Positions 18,525 to 30,867 of a stretch of 64,000 bases of DNA are shown here, piece by piece; positions within the stretch are counted from its first letter, which is position 1; every line of letters begins with the position of its first letter. Below the pieces are notes generated by a model that saw only the letters and a list, made by a program, of their open reading frames with translations, made no database searches and was not told the DNA's origin. A program made the position numbers and the translations under genes. This DNA comes from Chloroflexota bacterium (GTDB lineage: Bacteria > Chloroflexota > Dehalococcoidia > SM23-28-2 > RBG-16-64-32), in NCBI GenBank assembly GCA_029262695.1, contig JAJCYV010000004.1, positions 2,807-66,806 of the forward strand. The letters are read 5' to 3'.

Positions 18525-18657
18525 TGTCATCCTGAGCGGCAAGTCCGCCGCCAGGCGGACGCGAGCGAAGGATCTAGCGCCCCGATCCTGCAGTCCGTTC
18601 CGCAGATTCTTCGGTCGCTCCGTCCGCTGCTGGCGGACTCCGCTCCTCAGAATGACA
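18525..18657. repeat. Composite (REPIN-like) branched palindrome between tldD and aldolase/SDR
   Basis: Ends TGTCATCCTGAG / CTCAGAATGACA; inner GCGAAGGATCT / AGATTCTTCG; two GTCCGC..GCGGAC hairpins. Confidence 0.75.
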
Positions 18658-18661
18658 GGGA

Positions 18662-20227
18662 TCATCGCCCCGTGAGGCGCGCGCGGGAGCGCATCGTTGG
18701 GCCGCCGTTGGACATGCGCTTCGTCTGCATCGGCTGGCCCTTCCCGCAGTTGGGGATCGAGAACAGCTGAAAGTCGTCGCCCACAGCGTCGACGTTGAGG
18801 AAGAAGTCGCGCGTGTCGCTCATCAGGCCGCCGTCGCGGAACATCTCGCCGATCTCGCCGTTCTCGATCTTGTACACCTTCATCGCCGTGATGCGGAAGT
18901 TCTCCCGCGACTCGGCGATCGAGGGGATGCGGTGGCCGACGACGTAGTAACCGTCGGCCACGTCGCGGATGATGTCGTGGTGGTCGCTGTCGCCGGGCGA
19001 GAAGGCGGTGTTCGACATGCGGATCAGCGGCACGAGTGAGGCGTCCGTCGCCTTGTAGTGGCCGTTCGGCTCGGCGCCGACGATCCCCGCCGTCTGGCGG
19101 CTGTTCGAGAAGCCGTTGAAGATGCCCTTGTCGAGGTGATATACGCGGCGTGCCGGCGTACCTTCGTCGTCGTACATGTAGTGGCCGAAGCCGTCGATAG
19201 TCGGGTCGCTGAACGCTGTCACGAGGTCCGACCCGACACGCTTGCCGAGCTGGTTCTCCTTCATGTCGCGCAGGAGCCAGGAGCGCCCGGCGTAGCCGGT
19301 CTCGAACTTGAGCGCGCGGTCCAGCTCCGTCGGGTGGCCGACGACCTCGTGGCAGAGCAGCGCGTTGTAGTGCGGGTCGGTGACGACGACGACGTCTTTG
19401 TCCGTCGCCTTGAGCGGCTTGCAGGCGCAGAGGGTGACGGCGTCGCGCGCAAGCTCCAGCGAGAAGTCCATCAGGTGCTGGAACTGGATGAACTCCTCGT
19501 CGACGCCGTGCGTGATCACCTCCCAGCCGCGCTGGTGGCCGGTGTAGTCGTAAAGCTCCTGGTGCCCTTCGTCGCCCTGCGCGATGACGAACGTCGTCCC
19601 CTGCGAGACCGCGAAGGACTGCTGGATGTTCGCGCCCTCGCTGCTCGCGAAGAGATGGCGCTCTAGCTGCGTGAACGCCGAGACGTAGTTGTAGGCGACA
19701 GCGGAGTCCAGGTCCCGCACGCGCGTCGAGACGTCGCGCACGTACTCTACAGCGTCCTCAAGAGGCACGTCCCGTGGGTCGATCTCGGCCTGGAAGGGCG
19801 TCTCGTCCTGCCGCACGTCGACGGGCGCTAGATCGAGGTCGTACAGCGAGGAGCCGAGAGCGCCGTAGCGCGAACGCGCCGCGTCCTTGCCGCGGGCGTT
19901 GGCGACGGCCCGGCCGTAGGCGCTGTCCAGCGCGTCGCGCAGCCGCTCCTGCAGGCGGGGCAGGTCGGCCGTGCCGACGATCTCGCCGACGTATCCGGGC
20001 GCGGCGACGTGCTGTCCGGCCAGCACGCGGACGCCGAACGAAAAGCCGTAGTCCTCGGTGCTGAACTTGTCCATCCCGTTCTCGGCGACCGCTACCTTGC
20101 CCTCGCTGACCTCGATGCGCACGTCGGCGTAGCGGCAGAAGCGCTTGCTCTTCGGGTACGACGAGACGAGGTCGAATACGGCGTCGCGGATGCCGGGGAT
20201 GACGTCGATGCTAACTTTCTCGGGCAC
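18662..20227 (-). CDS. tldD: TldD-family metalloprotease
   Basis: CHEVVGHPTELD zinc motif, YDDEGTP, PLIRMSNT, CGKGQP; GGAGG RBS before GTG 20227. Confidence 0.85.
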   Translation of the reverse strand: MPEKVSIDVIPGIRDAVFDLVSSYPKSKRFCRYADVRIEVSEGKVAVAENGMDKFSTEDYGFSFGVRVLAGQHVAAPGYVGEIVGTADLPRLQERLRDALDSAYGRAVANARGKDAARSRYGALGSSLYDLDLAPVDVRQDETPFQAEIDPRDVPLEDAVEYVRDVSTRVRDLDSAVAYNYVSAFTQLERHLFASSEGANIQQSFAVSQGTTFVIAQGDEGHQELYDYTGHQRGWEVITHGVDEEFIQFQHLMDFSLELARDAVTLCACKPLKATDKDVVVVTDPHYNALLCHEVVGHPTELDRALKFETGYAGRSWLLRDMKENQLGKRVGSDLVTAFSDPTIDGFGHYMYDDEGTPARRVYHLDKGIFNGFSNSRQTAGIVGAEPNGHYKATDASLVPLIRMSNTAFSPGDSDHHDIIRDVADGYYVVGHRIPSIAESRENFRITAMKVYKIENGEIGEMFRDGGLMSDTRDFFLNVDAVGDDFQLFSIPNCGKGQPMQTKRMSNGGPTMRSRARLTGR

Positions 20228-20316
20228 GTGTTGCCTCCGTCTGGCGGGTGAGGGCGGGCGTCGTCTGCCCACGGGGCGGGCACGAGCGAAATTGTAAGCG
20301 GGCGCGGCTGGCCGGT

Positions 20317-20763
20317 CTAGTTGCCGCTGACGAGCGATTGCCACTCGTCGACTCGAAGCGGGTCGAGGCGAGTGATGCCTTCGATGCGGTCGAAGTCGCG
20401 GTCCGCCGTCACTATGTGTTTGGCGCCGACGCGGTGCATGATGGCGATATGGATGAGATCGCGGGCTTCGAGCTTCGGGTATGACAGAGCAAGCGATCCT
20501 GCGTATTGTGTGTCCACGACCGTCATATCGGCGACGCGCAGCTCCATCAGATTGAAGACCAAATCAACGTATGGCTTCATCTCGCGCCAGCGCCCCTGGG
20601 ATGTGTACCTGTGGAGGACTTCCTGTGTAACTTCGGCGTTGGTGAAGAAGTCATCGCATGTCGCCGCTAGATCTAGGACTTGCTTCGAGGGCATCTTGAG
20701 CGTGTGCTCACGGCCCAGGACATACAAAAAGACGTTGGTGTCAAGGAAGATCGGACTTGTCAT
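20317..20763 (-). CDS. vapC: VapC PIN-domain toxin
   Basis: FLDTNVFLY, QEVL, ARDLIHIA, TADRDFD. Confidence 0.9.
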   Translation of the reverse strand: MTSPIFLDTNVFLYVLGREHTLKMPSKQVLDLAATCDDFFTNAEVTQEVLHRYTSQGRWREMKPYVDLVFNLMELRVADMTVVDTQYAGSLALSYPKLEARDLIHIAIMHRVGAKHIVTADRDFDRIEGITRLDPLRVDEWQSLVSGN

Positions 20764-20995
20764 GGCCGGCAAGGATCTGGCGCTTTAGTTCATCCGGATC
20801 GGGCACATCTTCGATGTTCGCTTCAGACATACGCTTCACGATGTCCAGACGTTTCTGGATCATCATCTTCTCGTGAGCCTCATCGATCGCCCGGCGCAGC
20901 GCGTCGGATGCGGTCGTGCCGTACCGCTCCCGCAGTTCGGCGATCTTGCGCTTGTGCTCTTCGTCGACCCGAAGCTCAATTCGCTCGTACTTCAT
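20741..20995 (-). CDS. RHH/CopG-type antitoxin (VapB)
   Basis: RIELRVDEE...SDALRRAIDE; overlaps vapC start. Confidence 0.75.
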   Translation of the reverse strand: MKYERIELRVDEEHKRKIAELRERYGTTASDALRRAIDEAHEKMMIQKRLDIVKRMSEANIEDVPDPDELKRQILAGHDKSDLP

Positions 20996-21031
20996 GCCGT
21001 ACGCTATTGTACGGCACATTCACCCCGTACG

Positions 21032-22468
21032 CTAGTTGCCGGGCAGGGCTGTCTCGCCCATCAGGTAGCGGTCGATGCCGCGCGCCGCCGTGCGCCCTTC
21101 CTGGATCGCCCAGACGATGAGCGACTGGCCGCGCGTCATGTCGCCGGCCGTGAAGACGCCGGGCACGCTGGTCATCTTCTCGCGGTCACAGACAACGTTG
21201 CCACGGTCGTTCAGATCGACTCCAAGCTGGTCGAGCATGTAGCGCTCCGGGCCCAGGAAGCCCATCGCCAGCAGTAGCAGGTCGACGCGCTCCTCGAACT
21301 CCGTGTCCGGGAGCTCCTTCATCACCATACGGCCGTCCTCGCGCGCGAACTCGACGTGGTTGCCGTGGAGTCTCTGCAGGACGCCGTTCTCGCCCGAGAG
21401 GCGCGTCGTCTGCACGGAGTACTCGCGCTCGCCGCCTTCTTCGTGCGCCGAGGTCACGCGATAAGTGTTCGGGTATGTCGGCCACGGGGCGTCGGTCGGG
21501 CGGTGCTCCGGCGGGCGCGGCAGGATCTCCATCTGGATCACGGACTTCGCGCCCTGGCGGTGCGCCGTCCCCAGACAGTCCGCGCCTGTGTCGCCGCCGC
21601 CGAGGATGATCACGCGCTTGCCCTTCGCCGAGACGAACTGCGCCTCCGGTATTTCGTCGCCGGCGTTGCGCTTGTTCTGCAGCGGCAGGAAGTCCATCGC
21701 GAAGTACGTGCCCGTCAGCTCGCGTCCCGGCACCTGCAGATCGCGCGGGTGCGTCGCGCCGCCGGTCAGGCAGAGCGCGGCGTACTCCTTGCGCAGCTCT
21801 GCCGCGTCAATGTCCACCCCGACGTTCGAGTTAGGGCGGAACTCGACGCCTTCGGCTTCCATCTGCTCCACGCGCCGGTCGATGACCCACTTCTCCATCT
21901 TGAAGTCCGGGATCCCGTATCGCAGAAGCCCGCCGATCCGTGAGTCGCGCTCGAACACGGACACAGCGTGGCCGGCGCGGGCGAGCTGCTGAGCCGCCGC
22001 CAGGCCCGCGGGCCCGGAACCGATGACGGCGACGCGCTTGCCCGTGAGGCGCTCCGGGGGTTCCGGCTTGATCCAACCTTCCTCGCGGGCGTGCTCGATG
22101 ATCTCCAGCTCGATCTGCTTGATCGTCACGGCGTCGTCGTTGATCGCCAGCACGCTGGCCGATTCGCAGGGCGCCGGGCAGAGGCGACCGGTGAACTCCG
22201 GGAAGTTGTTTGTCGCGTGCAGACGGTCGATCGCCTCGTGCCAGAGGTCGCGGTAAGCGAGGTCGTTCCAGTCCGGAATGATGTTGCCCAGCGGGCAGCC
22301 CTGGTGGCAGAACGGGATGCCGCAGTCCATGCAGCGCGCGGCCTGCTTCTGCAGGTGCGAAGGCGGGAAGTCCTTGTAGACCTCCAGCCAGTCGTGCAGG
22401 CGCTTCTTCACGGGGCGCCTCTTCGGCACCTCCCGCGCGAACTCCATGAAGCCGGTAGGCTTACCCAC
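21032..22468 (-). CDS. gltD: Glutamate synthase small subunit
   Basis: [48 protein letters not shown]. Confidence 0.95.
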   Translation of the reverse strand: MGKPTGFMEFAREVPKRRPVKKRLHDWLEVYKDFPPSHLQKQAARCMDCGIPFCHQGCPLGNIIPDWNDLAYRDLWHEAIDRLHATNNFPEFTGRLCPAPCESASVLAINDDAVTIKQIELEIIEHAREEGWIKPEPPERLTGKRVAVIGSGPAGLAAAQQLARAGHAVSVFERDSRIGGLLRYGIPDFKMEKWVIDRRVEQMEAEGVEFRPNSNVGVDIDAAELRKEYAALCLTGGATHPRDLQVPGRELTGTYFAMDFLPLQNKRNAGDEIPEAQFVSAKGKRVIILGGGDTGADCLGTAHRQGAKSVIQMEILPRPPEHRPTDAPWPTYPNTYRVTSAHEEGGEREYSVQTTRLSGENGVLQRLHGNHVEFAREDGRMVMKELPDTEFEERVDLLLLAMGFLGPERYMLDQLGVDLNDRGNVVCDREKMTSVPGVFTAGDMTRGQSLIVWAIQEGRTAARGIDRYLMGETALPGN

Positions 22469-25400
22469 GAGCGCTCTTCTTCGCCCTGGCCTTCGCCGTA
22501 GCGGCCTTCCGCGGGCGGCCGTTTTTGCCGTTCCCGCCGTTGTTGCGCTTCGCCGCGGCCTTCACCTTGCGTGTCTCCTTCAGCTGCTCCTGGAGAACGC
22601 GCTTGTAGTCTTTCGGCATCACCTTCACGAACTTCTTCGCTATCTTCGGCCAGTCCTCCAGCACCCACTCGGCGACGGTGCTGCCCGTGTCCTTGCGGTG
22701 GCGCTCCAGCAGACCGCGCACCAGGTCCAGGTCCTCGTCGTCGTCCAGCTTTTCGAGATCCACCATCTCCTGGTTGCAGCGGACGTGGAAGTCGCCGTCG
22801 GGGTCGTAAACGTAAGCGATGCCGCCGCTCATGCCGGCGGCGAAGTTGCGGCCCGTGTGTCCGATGATGACAACGCGGCCGCCGGTCATGTACTCGCAGC
22901 CGTGGTCGCCCACGCCCTCGATCACCGCCATCGCGCCCGAGTTGCGGACGCAGAAGCGCTCGCCGGCGACGCCGCGCGCGAAGAGCATGCCGCTGGTCGC
23001 GCCGTACAGCGCCACGTTGCCGATGAGGATGTTCTCTTCGGGCACGAACGTCGAGGCCTTCGGCGGGTAGATGATCAGCTTGCCGCCGGAGAGCCCCTTG
23101 CCCGTGTAGTCGTTGGAGTCGCCCTCCAGGAACATCGTGATGCCGCGCGGGACGAAGGCGCCGAAGCTCTGGCCGGCCGAGCCGTTGAAGCGGATCGTGA
23201 TCGTGTCGTCCGGCAGACCGTCGATTCCGTACTTGCGGGACAGCTCGCTGCCCAGGATCGTGCCGACCGTCCGGTTCACGTTGCGGATGGGCATCTCGAT
23301 CTCGACCTTCTTCTTCTTGTTGAGCGCCGGCTTCGCGAGCGGCAGCAGATCCTGGTCCAGCGCCTTGTCCAGACCATGGTCCTGGTCCGTGATGCGGCGG
23401 GTGGCGACGTCAGGGCCGACATCGGGCCGGTAGAAGATCGCCGAGAAGTCGAGGCCGCGCGCCTTGTAGTGCTCAATCGCGCGGCGCATGTCCAGCAGGT
23501 CGCTGCGGCCGATGACCTCGTCGACGCTGCGGTACCCCATCGCCGCCAGGTACTCGCGAATCTCCCCGGCGACGAAGCGGAAGAAGTTGACGACGTGCTC
23601 CGCCTGGCCCGTGAACTTCTCGCGCAGCTGCGGGTTCTGCGTGGCGATGCCGACGGGGCAGGTGTCCATGTGGCAGACGCGCATCATGATGCAGCCCATC
23701 ACGACGAGCGGCGCCGTCGCGAACCCGTACTCCTCCGCCCCAAGCAGCGCCGCGATGATCGCGTCGCGTCCCGTCTTCATCTGGCCGTCCGTCTGGACGA
23801 CGATGCGGTCGCGCAGGTTGTTGAGGACGAGCGTCTGCTGTGTCTCCGCAAGGCCCAGCTCCCAGGGGATGCCGGCGTGCTTGATGGACGTTAGCGGGCT
23901 GGCGCCGGTGCCGCCGTCGTGGCCGCTGATGAGCACGACGTCGGACTTCGCCTTGGCGACCCCCGCGGCGACGGTGCCCACGCCGACTTCGGCGACGAGC
24001 TTGACGCTGATACGGGCCAGTGGGTTCGAGTTCTTGAGGTCGTGGATCAGCTGCGCCAGGTCCTCGATGGAGTAGATGTCGTGGTGCGGCGGCGGGCTGA
24101 TGAGACCGACGCCGGGTGTTGAGTAGCGCACGCCGGCGATCCAGGGCCAGACTTTGTGGCCCGGCAGCTGTCCGCCCTCACCGGGCTTCGCGCCCTGTGC
24201 CATCTTGATCTGCAACTCGTCGGCGTTCACGAGGTACTCGCTCGTCACGCCGAAGCGCCCGGACGCCACCTGCTTGATCGCGCTGCGGCGCCGGTCGCCG
24301 TTCTTGTCCGGCGTAAACCGGCGGCGGTCTTCGCCTCCTTCGCCCGTGTTGCTCTTGCCGCCGAGGCGGTTCATCGCGATCGCCAGCGTCTCGTGGGCCT
24401 CCGCGCTGATCGAGCCGAACGACATCGCGCCCGTCGCAAAGCGATGGAAGATCGCCTCCGCCGGCTCCACTTCATCGATCGGTATCGGCTCGCGGTCAGA
24501 GTTGATCTCGAAGAGACCGCGCAGCGTACACAGCCGCTCGGACTGATCGTCCACCATGCGGCTGTACTCCTTGAAGACGTCCGGCCGGTCGGAGCGCGTG
24601 CTGTGCTGCAGGCGGAACACCGTCTCCGGGTTGAAGAGGTGGAACTCGCCGTCGCGGCGCCACTGGTACTGGCCGCCCCAGAGTAGCTCGTCCAGACCGC
24701 CGTCACGCGCCGGGAAGGCACGCTCGTGGTGATAGAGCGTGTCGATGGCGATCTCTTCGGCGCCGACGCCGCCGATGCGCGACGCCGTGTACGTGAAGTA
24801 GTCGTCGATGAAGTCCTGACCCAGGCCGATCGCCTCGAAGATCTGCGCGCCGCGATAGCTCTGCACCGTCGAGATGCCCATCTTTGACATGATCTTGACC
24901 ACGGCCTTCTTGCACGCCTTGAGGTAGTGCTGGGCTGCCTCCTCGTACGAGATCCCGGACTCCATCAGGCCCTCGTCGCTCATGCCGGCGAGAGTGTCCA
25001 GCGCCAGGTACGGGTTAATCGCGTCGGCGCCGTAGCCGATCAGCAGCGCGTGGTGGTGGCCCTCGCGCGCCTCGCCTGTCTCCAGCACCAGCCCCACGCG
25101 CGTGCGCTTGCGTTCGCGGACGAGGTGGTTCTGCAGGCCGGCCGTCGCCAGGAGCGCCGGAATCGGAGCGTTCTTCCTGTCGACGCCGCGGTCGGAGAGG
25201 ATAAGGAAGCTCGCGCCGTTCTCGATCGCCTCGTCCGCCTGCTTGCAGAGCCGCTTCATCGCCCGCTCGAGGCCCTTGGGGCCTTCGCTGGCGGGGAAGG
25301 TTAGCGGCAGTACGCTGGTACTCAGCTTGCCGTTCCTGGCGGCCTTGAAGCGCGCCAGGTCACCGTTGTCGATGAACGGTGACTTGAGCTCTATCCGCCT

Positions 25401-27122
25401 GGCGTTCTCCGGCTGGGGCTCCAGGAGGTCGCCTTCCGGACCGACCAGCGAATTCACGGACGTCACGATCTCCTCGCGGATCGCGTCCAGGGGCGGGTTC
25501 GTGACCTGCGCGAAGAGCTGCTTGAAGTAGTTGTAGAGCGGCTGCGGCTTGTCGGAAAGCACAGCCAGGGGCGTGTCCGTCCCCATCGAGCCGAGCGCTT
25601 CTTGCCCGTCGCGCGCCATCGGCCCCAGGATGTACTTCAGGTCCTCCACCGTGTAGCCGAAGGCGATCTGACGTTGCAGGAGCCGATCGCCCTGGAGCGT
25701 CTTCGCCGGCCTGCCCTTCGGCAGGTTGTCAATCGTCTTCAGGTTCTTCGCGAGCCACTCCCCGTACGGGCGGCCAGACGCCATGCGGTGCTTCAGCTCC
25801 GCGTCGTCGATGATTCGCCCCTCGGCCATGTCCACCAGGAACATGCGGCCCGGCTGCAGCCGCCCCTTTTGGAGCACGTTCTCTGGTTCGATCGGCAGCA
25901 CGCCGACCTCGGAGGCCATGATCACGTAGTCGTCCTTCGTGACGTAAAAGCGCGACGGGCGCAGGCCGTTGCGGTCCAGCACAGCGCCGATCTTGTTGCC
26001 GTCCGTGAAGACGATGGAGGCGGGGCCGTCCCAGGGCTCCATCAGGCACGAGTGGTAACGGTAGAAGTCCTTCTTCTCCTGGCTCATCGATTCGTGGCCG
26101 TCCCACGGTTCCGGGATCATCATCATGACCGCGTGTTCGATCGGGCGGCCCGTCATCGTCAGAAGCTCAAGCGCGTTGTCGAAGCAAGCGGTGTCGCTGC
26201 CGGTCTCGTCGAGCACAGGGATGATGCGTTGGATGTCCGGGATCGAATCGGACTCAAAGAGGGCCTCGCGGGCGCGCATCCAGTTGATGTTGCCTCGAAG
26301 GGTGTTGATCTCGCCGTTGTGGGAGATCATCCGGTACGGGTGCGCGAGCTTCCAGCTGGGGAACGTGTTCGTGCTGAAGCGCGAGTGGAACATGCAGAGC
26401 GCGCTTGCCATCCGCGGGTCCGAAAGGTCCGGGAAGTACTCGCGGATCTGGGTCGCAATCAGCATCCCCTTGTAGATCAGCGTCTTGGCCGACATGCTCG
26501 GCACGTAGAACGACTGCGCTTCCTTGATATCGCCCCGGTCGAGCGCATTGCGGAAGACCCGGCGGATCATGAAAAGGCGTCGCTCAAAGGCGTCGAGGTC
26601 CGCGATGTGCTCGCCGCGGCCGATAAAGACGTGGAACATGTCCGGCTCGGCGGCGAGGGCAGTCGCGCCAAGCGACGAGTTGTCCGTCGGCACCTGCCGC
26701 CAGCCCAGCAGGTGCTGTCCGTCTCCCTCCACGATATTCTGGAGGAGCCGCATCGCTTCCTTCTGTGCCTTCTTGTTCTTCGGCATGAAGAGCAGGCCCA
26801 CGCCGTAGTGGTCCGGCGCCGGCAGGCGAATGCCCTCGTGCGCGCAGGCGTGGGAGAAGAAATCGTGCGGCACCTGGATGAGGATGCCGGCGCCGTCGCC
26901 CGTGTTCACCTCGCAGCCGCAGGCGCCGCGGTGCTCGAGGTGTTCCAGCGCCGTGATGCCGTCGTCGATGACCTTGTGCGACCGCCGGCCCTTGAGGTGC
27001 ACCAGAAAGCCGACGCCGCAGCTGTCATGCTCGTGGGCTGGGTCGTAGAGCCCGGCCGCGTTCGGCCCGGCGGCGCCGGAAGGTGCGGAAGGTATAGGTG
27101 AAGTGTGGTCGCGTGAGTTCAT
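22461..27122 (-). CDS. gltB: Glutamate synthase large subunit
   Basis: [52 protein letters not shown]. Confidence 0.97.
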   Translation of the reverse strand: MNSRDHTSPIPSAPSGAAGPNAAGLYDPAHEHDSCGVGFLVHLKGRRSHKVIDDGITALEHLEHRGACGCEVNTGDGAGILIQVPHDFFSHACAHEGIRLPAPDHYGVGLLFMPKNKKAQKEAMRLLQNIVEGDGQHLLGWRQVPTDNSSLGATALAAEPDMFHVFIGRGEHIADLDAFERRLFMIRRVFRNALDRGDIKEAQSFYVPSMSAKTLIYKGMLIATQIREYFPDLSDPRMASALCMFHSRFSTNTFPSWKLAHPYRMISHNGEINTLRGNINWMRAREALFESDSIPDIQRIIPVLDETGSDTACFDNALELLTMTGRPIEHAVMMMIPEPWDGHESMSQEKKDFYRYHSCLMEPWDGPASIVFTDGNKIGAVLDRNGLRPSRFYVTKDDYVIMASEVGVLPIEPENVLQKGRLQPGRMFLVDMAEGRIIDDAELKHRMASGRPYGEWLAKNLKTIDNLPKGRPAKTLQGDRLLQRQIAFGYTVEDLKYILGPMARDGQEALGSMGTDTPLAVLSDKPQPLYNYFKQLFAQVTNPPLDAIREEIVTSVNSLVGPEGDLLEPQPENARRIELKSPFIDNGDLARFKAARNGKLSTSVLPLTFPASEGPKGLERAMKRLCKQADEAIENGASFLILSDRGVDRKNAPIPALLATAGLQNHLVRERKRTRVGLVLETGEAREGHHHALLIGYGADAINPYLALDTLAGMSDEGLMESGISYEEAAQHYLKACKKAVVKIMSKMGISTVQSYRGAQIFEAIGLGQDFIDDYFTYTASRIGGVGAEEIAIDTLYHHERAFPARDGGLDELLWGGQYQWRRDGEFHLFNPETVFRLQHSTRSDRPDVFKEYSRMVDDQSERLCTLRGLFEINSDREPIPIDEVEPAEAIFHRFATGAMSFGSISAEAHETLAIAMNRLGGKSNTGEGGEDRRRFTPDKNGDRRRSAIKQVASGRFGVTSEYLVNADELQIKMAQGAKPGEGGQLPGHKVWPWIAGVRYSTPGVGLISPPPHHDIYSIEDLAQLIHDLKNSNPLARISVKLVAEVGVGTVAAGVAKAKSDVVLISGHDGGTGASPLTSIKHAGIPWELGLAETQQTLVLNNLRDRIVVQTDGQMKTGRDAIIAALLGAEEYGFATAPLVVMGCIMMRVCHMDTCPVGIATQNPQLREKFTGQAEHVVNFFRFVAGEIREYLAAMGYRSVDEVIGRSDLLDMRRAIEHYKARGLDFSAIFYRPDVGPDVATRRITDQDHGLDKALDQDLLPLAKPALNKKKKVEIEMPIRNVNRTVGTILGSELSRKYGIDGLPDDTITIRFNGSAGQSFGAFVPRGITMFLEGDSNDYTGKGLSGGKLIIYPPKASTFVPEENILIGNVALYGATSGMLFARGVAGERFCVRNSGAMAVIEGVGDHGCEYMTGGRVVIIGHTGRNFAAGMSGGIAYVYDPDGDFHVRCNQEMVDLEKLDDDEDLDLVRGLLERHRKDTGSTVAEWVLEDWPKIAKKFVKVMPKDYKRVLQEQLKETRKVKAAAKRNNGGNGKNGRPRKAATAKARAKKSARG

Positions 27123-27142
27123 GAGCCCTCTCCTCGTTTGCC

Positions 27143-27274
27143 CTAGATGCGCGTGGGCGCCGCGCGTTTCGCGCGGGAGAGTACCTTGCGGGTCCGTCGG
27201 AATGATCGGCAGGGGGCAACGGCCGGTGCGTCCGGAACGCCTGCAGTCGCTATAGATGTCTCGGGCTTGATCAT
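27143..27274 (-). other. Candidate 43-codon upstream ORF in gltB leader
   Basis: GAGG-5nt-[46 protein letters not shown]; stop 20 nt before gltB ATG. Confidence 0.3.
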
Positions 27275-27312
27275 CCGTACCTCGTCCCCGCCGCCGGAAA
27301 AAGAATGTGTGA

Positions 27313-27341
27313 AGTATACCGGCGGTCCCTGGAGTTGTCTA
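27313..27341 (-). promoter_or_regulatory. Sigma70-type promoter of gltBD
   Basis: Minus strand TAGACA-17 nt-TATACT. Confidence 0.65.
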
Positions 27342-27465
27342 CGCCGCCACGAACTGCGATCGCGGCGGCGTATGCCATAGACGTCTTCGATTGGGCCTCT
27401 ACATTAGCATAGGAGGCACGGGAGAGGCAAAGCCTGGCCACTGTCGGAACCGATGGCCAGCGCGC

Positions 27466-28146
27466 TCACGGCGACGGGGTAATCGGCGTTGGCTCGAAGG
27501 AGGGGGCCAGTGGCGCCGTGCTGGCAGGCGTCTCTTGCGCCTCTTGCGCCTCGGTTGGTGGTGGCGCTGCGTTTCCCGGCGTTCCCAGCGGCGAGGGAAA
27601 CAGCTCCACGTCCTTGCGGGCAACAATCAGATTGACTTGTGACACCCCGCCCGTTGACGGCGTCTCTTCCTTCGTAGTTCTACCGATGGGTATCTCCACG
27701 AGCAGCCGCATGTCGTCCTTCAAGAAAGCAAAGTATGTGGAAGTGGTTGCCGATCGTTCGCCTGTCCGAAGGTCCGCCACAGGACCTTCGACCGTGGCTG
27801 TCCAGACTGGCTTCTCCAACTGCCACCGGTCAGACGGCAGCACCTTCCCAAAGAAAGCGATCACGTCTTCTGCCGTTGTCTCTGGTGAGACTTCGAAACC
27901 ACCAAACACGATACCGTCGTTATGGTTTTCGATACGGTAGCTGCCGTCGGCCAGTGAAGCGGTCTTGGCCTTAGGGAACACCGGCACGGATGTGAGGGCG
28001 TTAGCCAGCGCGGCGTCCGGCTCTTCCCCTCCGCCGCCGCCGAAGCCGTCTGCACTCCCATCGTCCCCGCCACAAGACGAAGCGAGAAGCGGGAGCAGCA
28101 AGAGGGTCGCAAGGCCGAATGCCAGCGCCGTCGTCTTCACCGTCAT
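27466..28146 (-). CDS. Hypothetical lipoprotein with atypical (lower-GC) codon usage
   Basis: Signal with LASSC lipobox, Pro/Thr-rich tail; many A/T-ending codons. Confidence 0.6.
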   Translation of the reverse strand: MTVKTTALAFGLATLLLLPLLASSCGGDDGSADGFGGGGGEEPDAALANALTSVPVFPKAKTASLADGSYRIENHNDGIVFGGFEVSPETTAEDVIAFFGKVLPSDRWQLEKPVWTATVEGPVADLRTGERSATTSTYFAFLKDDMRLLVEIPIGRTTKEETPSTGGVSQVNLIVARKDVELFPSPLGTPGNAAPPPTEAQEAQETPASTAPLAPSFEPTPITPSP

Positions 28147-28316
28147 CTTGCGTCACCCCTTCGATCCATCGGCACACTTAGCATTGCGAGTGAGTACTGC
28201 CATAGATGGTTCGTCCTAGATGGCTGTGGGTGAAGCACAAGTAGGGCGCCTGCTACAGTGAGTAGTGGGATCGCGAGCCGAAGTAGCTTCTTGAATGAGC
28301 CGCGCCTCTGGATCAT
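28143..28316 (-). other. Short signal-peptide-like ORF (57 aa), possibly a collapsed secreted-protein gene
   Basis: MIQRRGSFKKLLRLAIPLLTVAGALLVLHPQP...; GGGGGTGG RBS; stop overlaps lipoprotein ATG (ATGA). Confidence 0.35.
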
Positions 28317-28431
28317 GACCACCCCCTGCTTTGAGCGCCTTGATAATAGGAGATTGGAGGGGGGGCTGGTCAAGCGTCGTCAGGGGTGTCTTCAGGACTT
28401 GCAATAAGCGCACGAGTTCGCTAAAAATGTC

Positions 28432-28458
28432 TTAGCACTCCGCCCCGGTGAGTGCTAA
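28432..28458 (+). promoter_or_regulatory. CIRCE element (HrcA operator)
   Basis: Exact TTAGCACTC-N9-GAGTGCTAA; TTGCAA at 28399 and TAAAAAT at 28422 upstream. Confidence 0.97.
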
Positions 28459-28490
28459 CGCCCACTCGCATGAAATGCCCAGACGGGTAA

Positions 28491-30143
<1,653 letters not shown>

Positions 30144-30144
30144 A

Positions 30145-30229
30145 GGGAACAGGGAAAACGGAGCAAGGGGCCTGGAACACGGAACAGGGGCTTGGCTCAT
30201 GTTCCAGGTTCTTTGCCCCAGGCTCCGTT
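30145..30229. repeat. Degenerate heptamer tandem repeats followed by inverted copies (long hairpin) after groEL
   Basis: GGGAACA GGGAAAA CGGAGCA AGGGGCC TGGAACA CGGAACA ... TGTTCCA GGTTCTT TGCCCCA GGCTCCG. Confidence 0.6.
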
Positions 30230-30331
30230 GCGCCTTCCACATCCAGCGTGCCGCCCGCGCGTCTGGAATAGAGGCGGCGGTCGTATAATGCATCGAGAGG
30301 AAGCGTAGAATTGTTTGCGGAGAGTGGTGAG

Positions 30332-30754
30332 ATGATCGACATTGATGAGCTGCGTAAAGTCGTTGACAACGCCGACGTATTCACGATCGGGTTCCGCATG
30401 TTCCCGGAGCGACTGATCATCGACACGCGGAGCGAGAGCGAGACGCCGCCGATGATCCGCGTCGTCGAACCGGTCAGCTCCGTCGAAGAGCGGTTCTTCT
30501 GGCTCGGCAAGGAGCGCCCCCAGTTCACCATGCCGGAGCGCTTTACATTCTTCGTCTGGCCGCACTCCATGCGCTTCTTCGAAGACTCCGGCCTCGGCGA
30601 CCTGATCCGCCAGCGCGTCTACCCCATCGACCCCGACTGCGGGCGCCAGATGGCGGAGAGCATCCACCGGCTCGCCGTCCTTGAGCGCCGGGCGGAACGC
30701 GACGCAATCACCGGCCGCAACCACGAGACGCTCTGGGAGCGCGCCGAAAACTAG
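30332..30754 (+). CDS. Hypothetical protein
   Basis: Coding-like codon bias, TATAAT at 30284, terminator downstream; start 30311 or 30332. Confidence 0.7.
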   Translation: MIDIDELRKVVDNADVFTIGFRMFPERLIIDTRSESETPPMIRVVEPVSSVEERFFWLGKERPQFTMPERFTFFVWPHSMRFFEDSGLGDLIRQRVYPIDPDCGRQMAESIHRLAVLERRAERDAITGRNHETLWERAEN

Positions 30755-30774
30755 CCTCTCGCACAACGCAGACG

Positions 30775-30800
30775 AAGGCCGCCCACTTCGGGCGGCCTTT
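30775..30800 (+). terminator. Probable intrinsic terminator
   Basis: AAGGCCGCCC-ACTTC-GGGCGGCCTT then T; short U-tract. Confidence 0.6.
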
Positions 30801-30867
30801 CCGCATCTTCCCGTCGCCCACGCGGCGCGGTAGTATCGCGCCAGACCTCAACCGCGAAAGGAGCCCC

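Noticed and set aside
20228..20300. GC-rich hairpins upstream of tldD as a riboswitch
   Set aside because: No recognisable aptamer consensus; stems of this strength are common at this GC content.
28178..28200. Second CIRCE-like sequence TTAGCATTG...GAGTACTGC
   Set aside because: Spacer is 5 rather than 9 nt and the arms have several mismatches.
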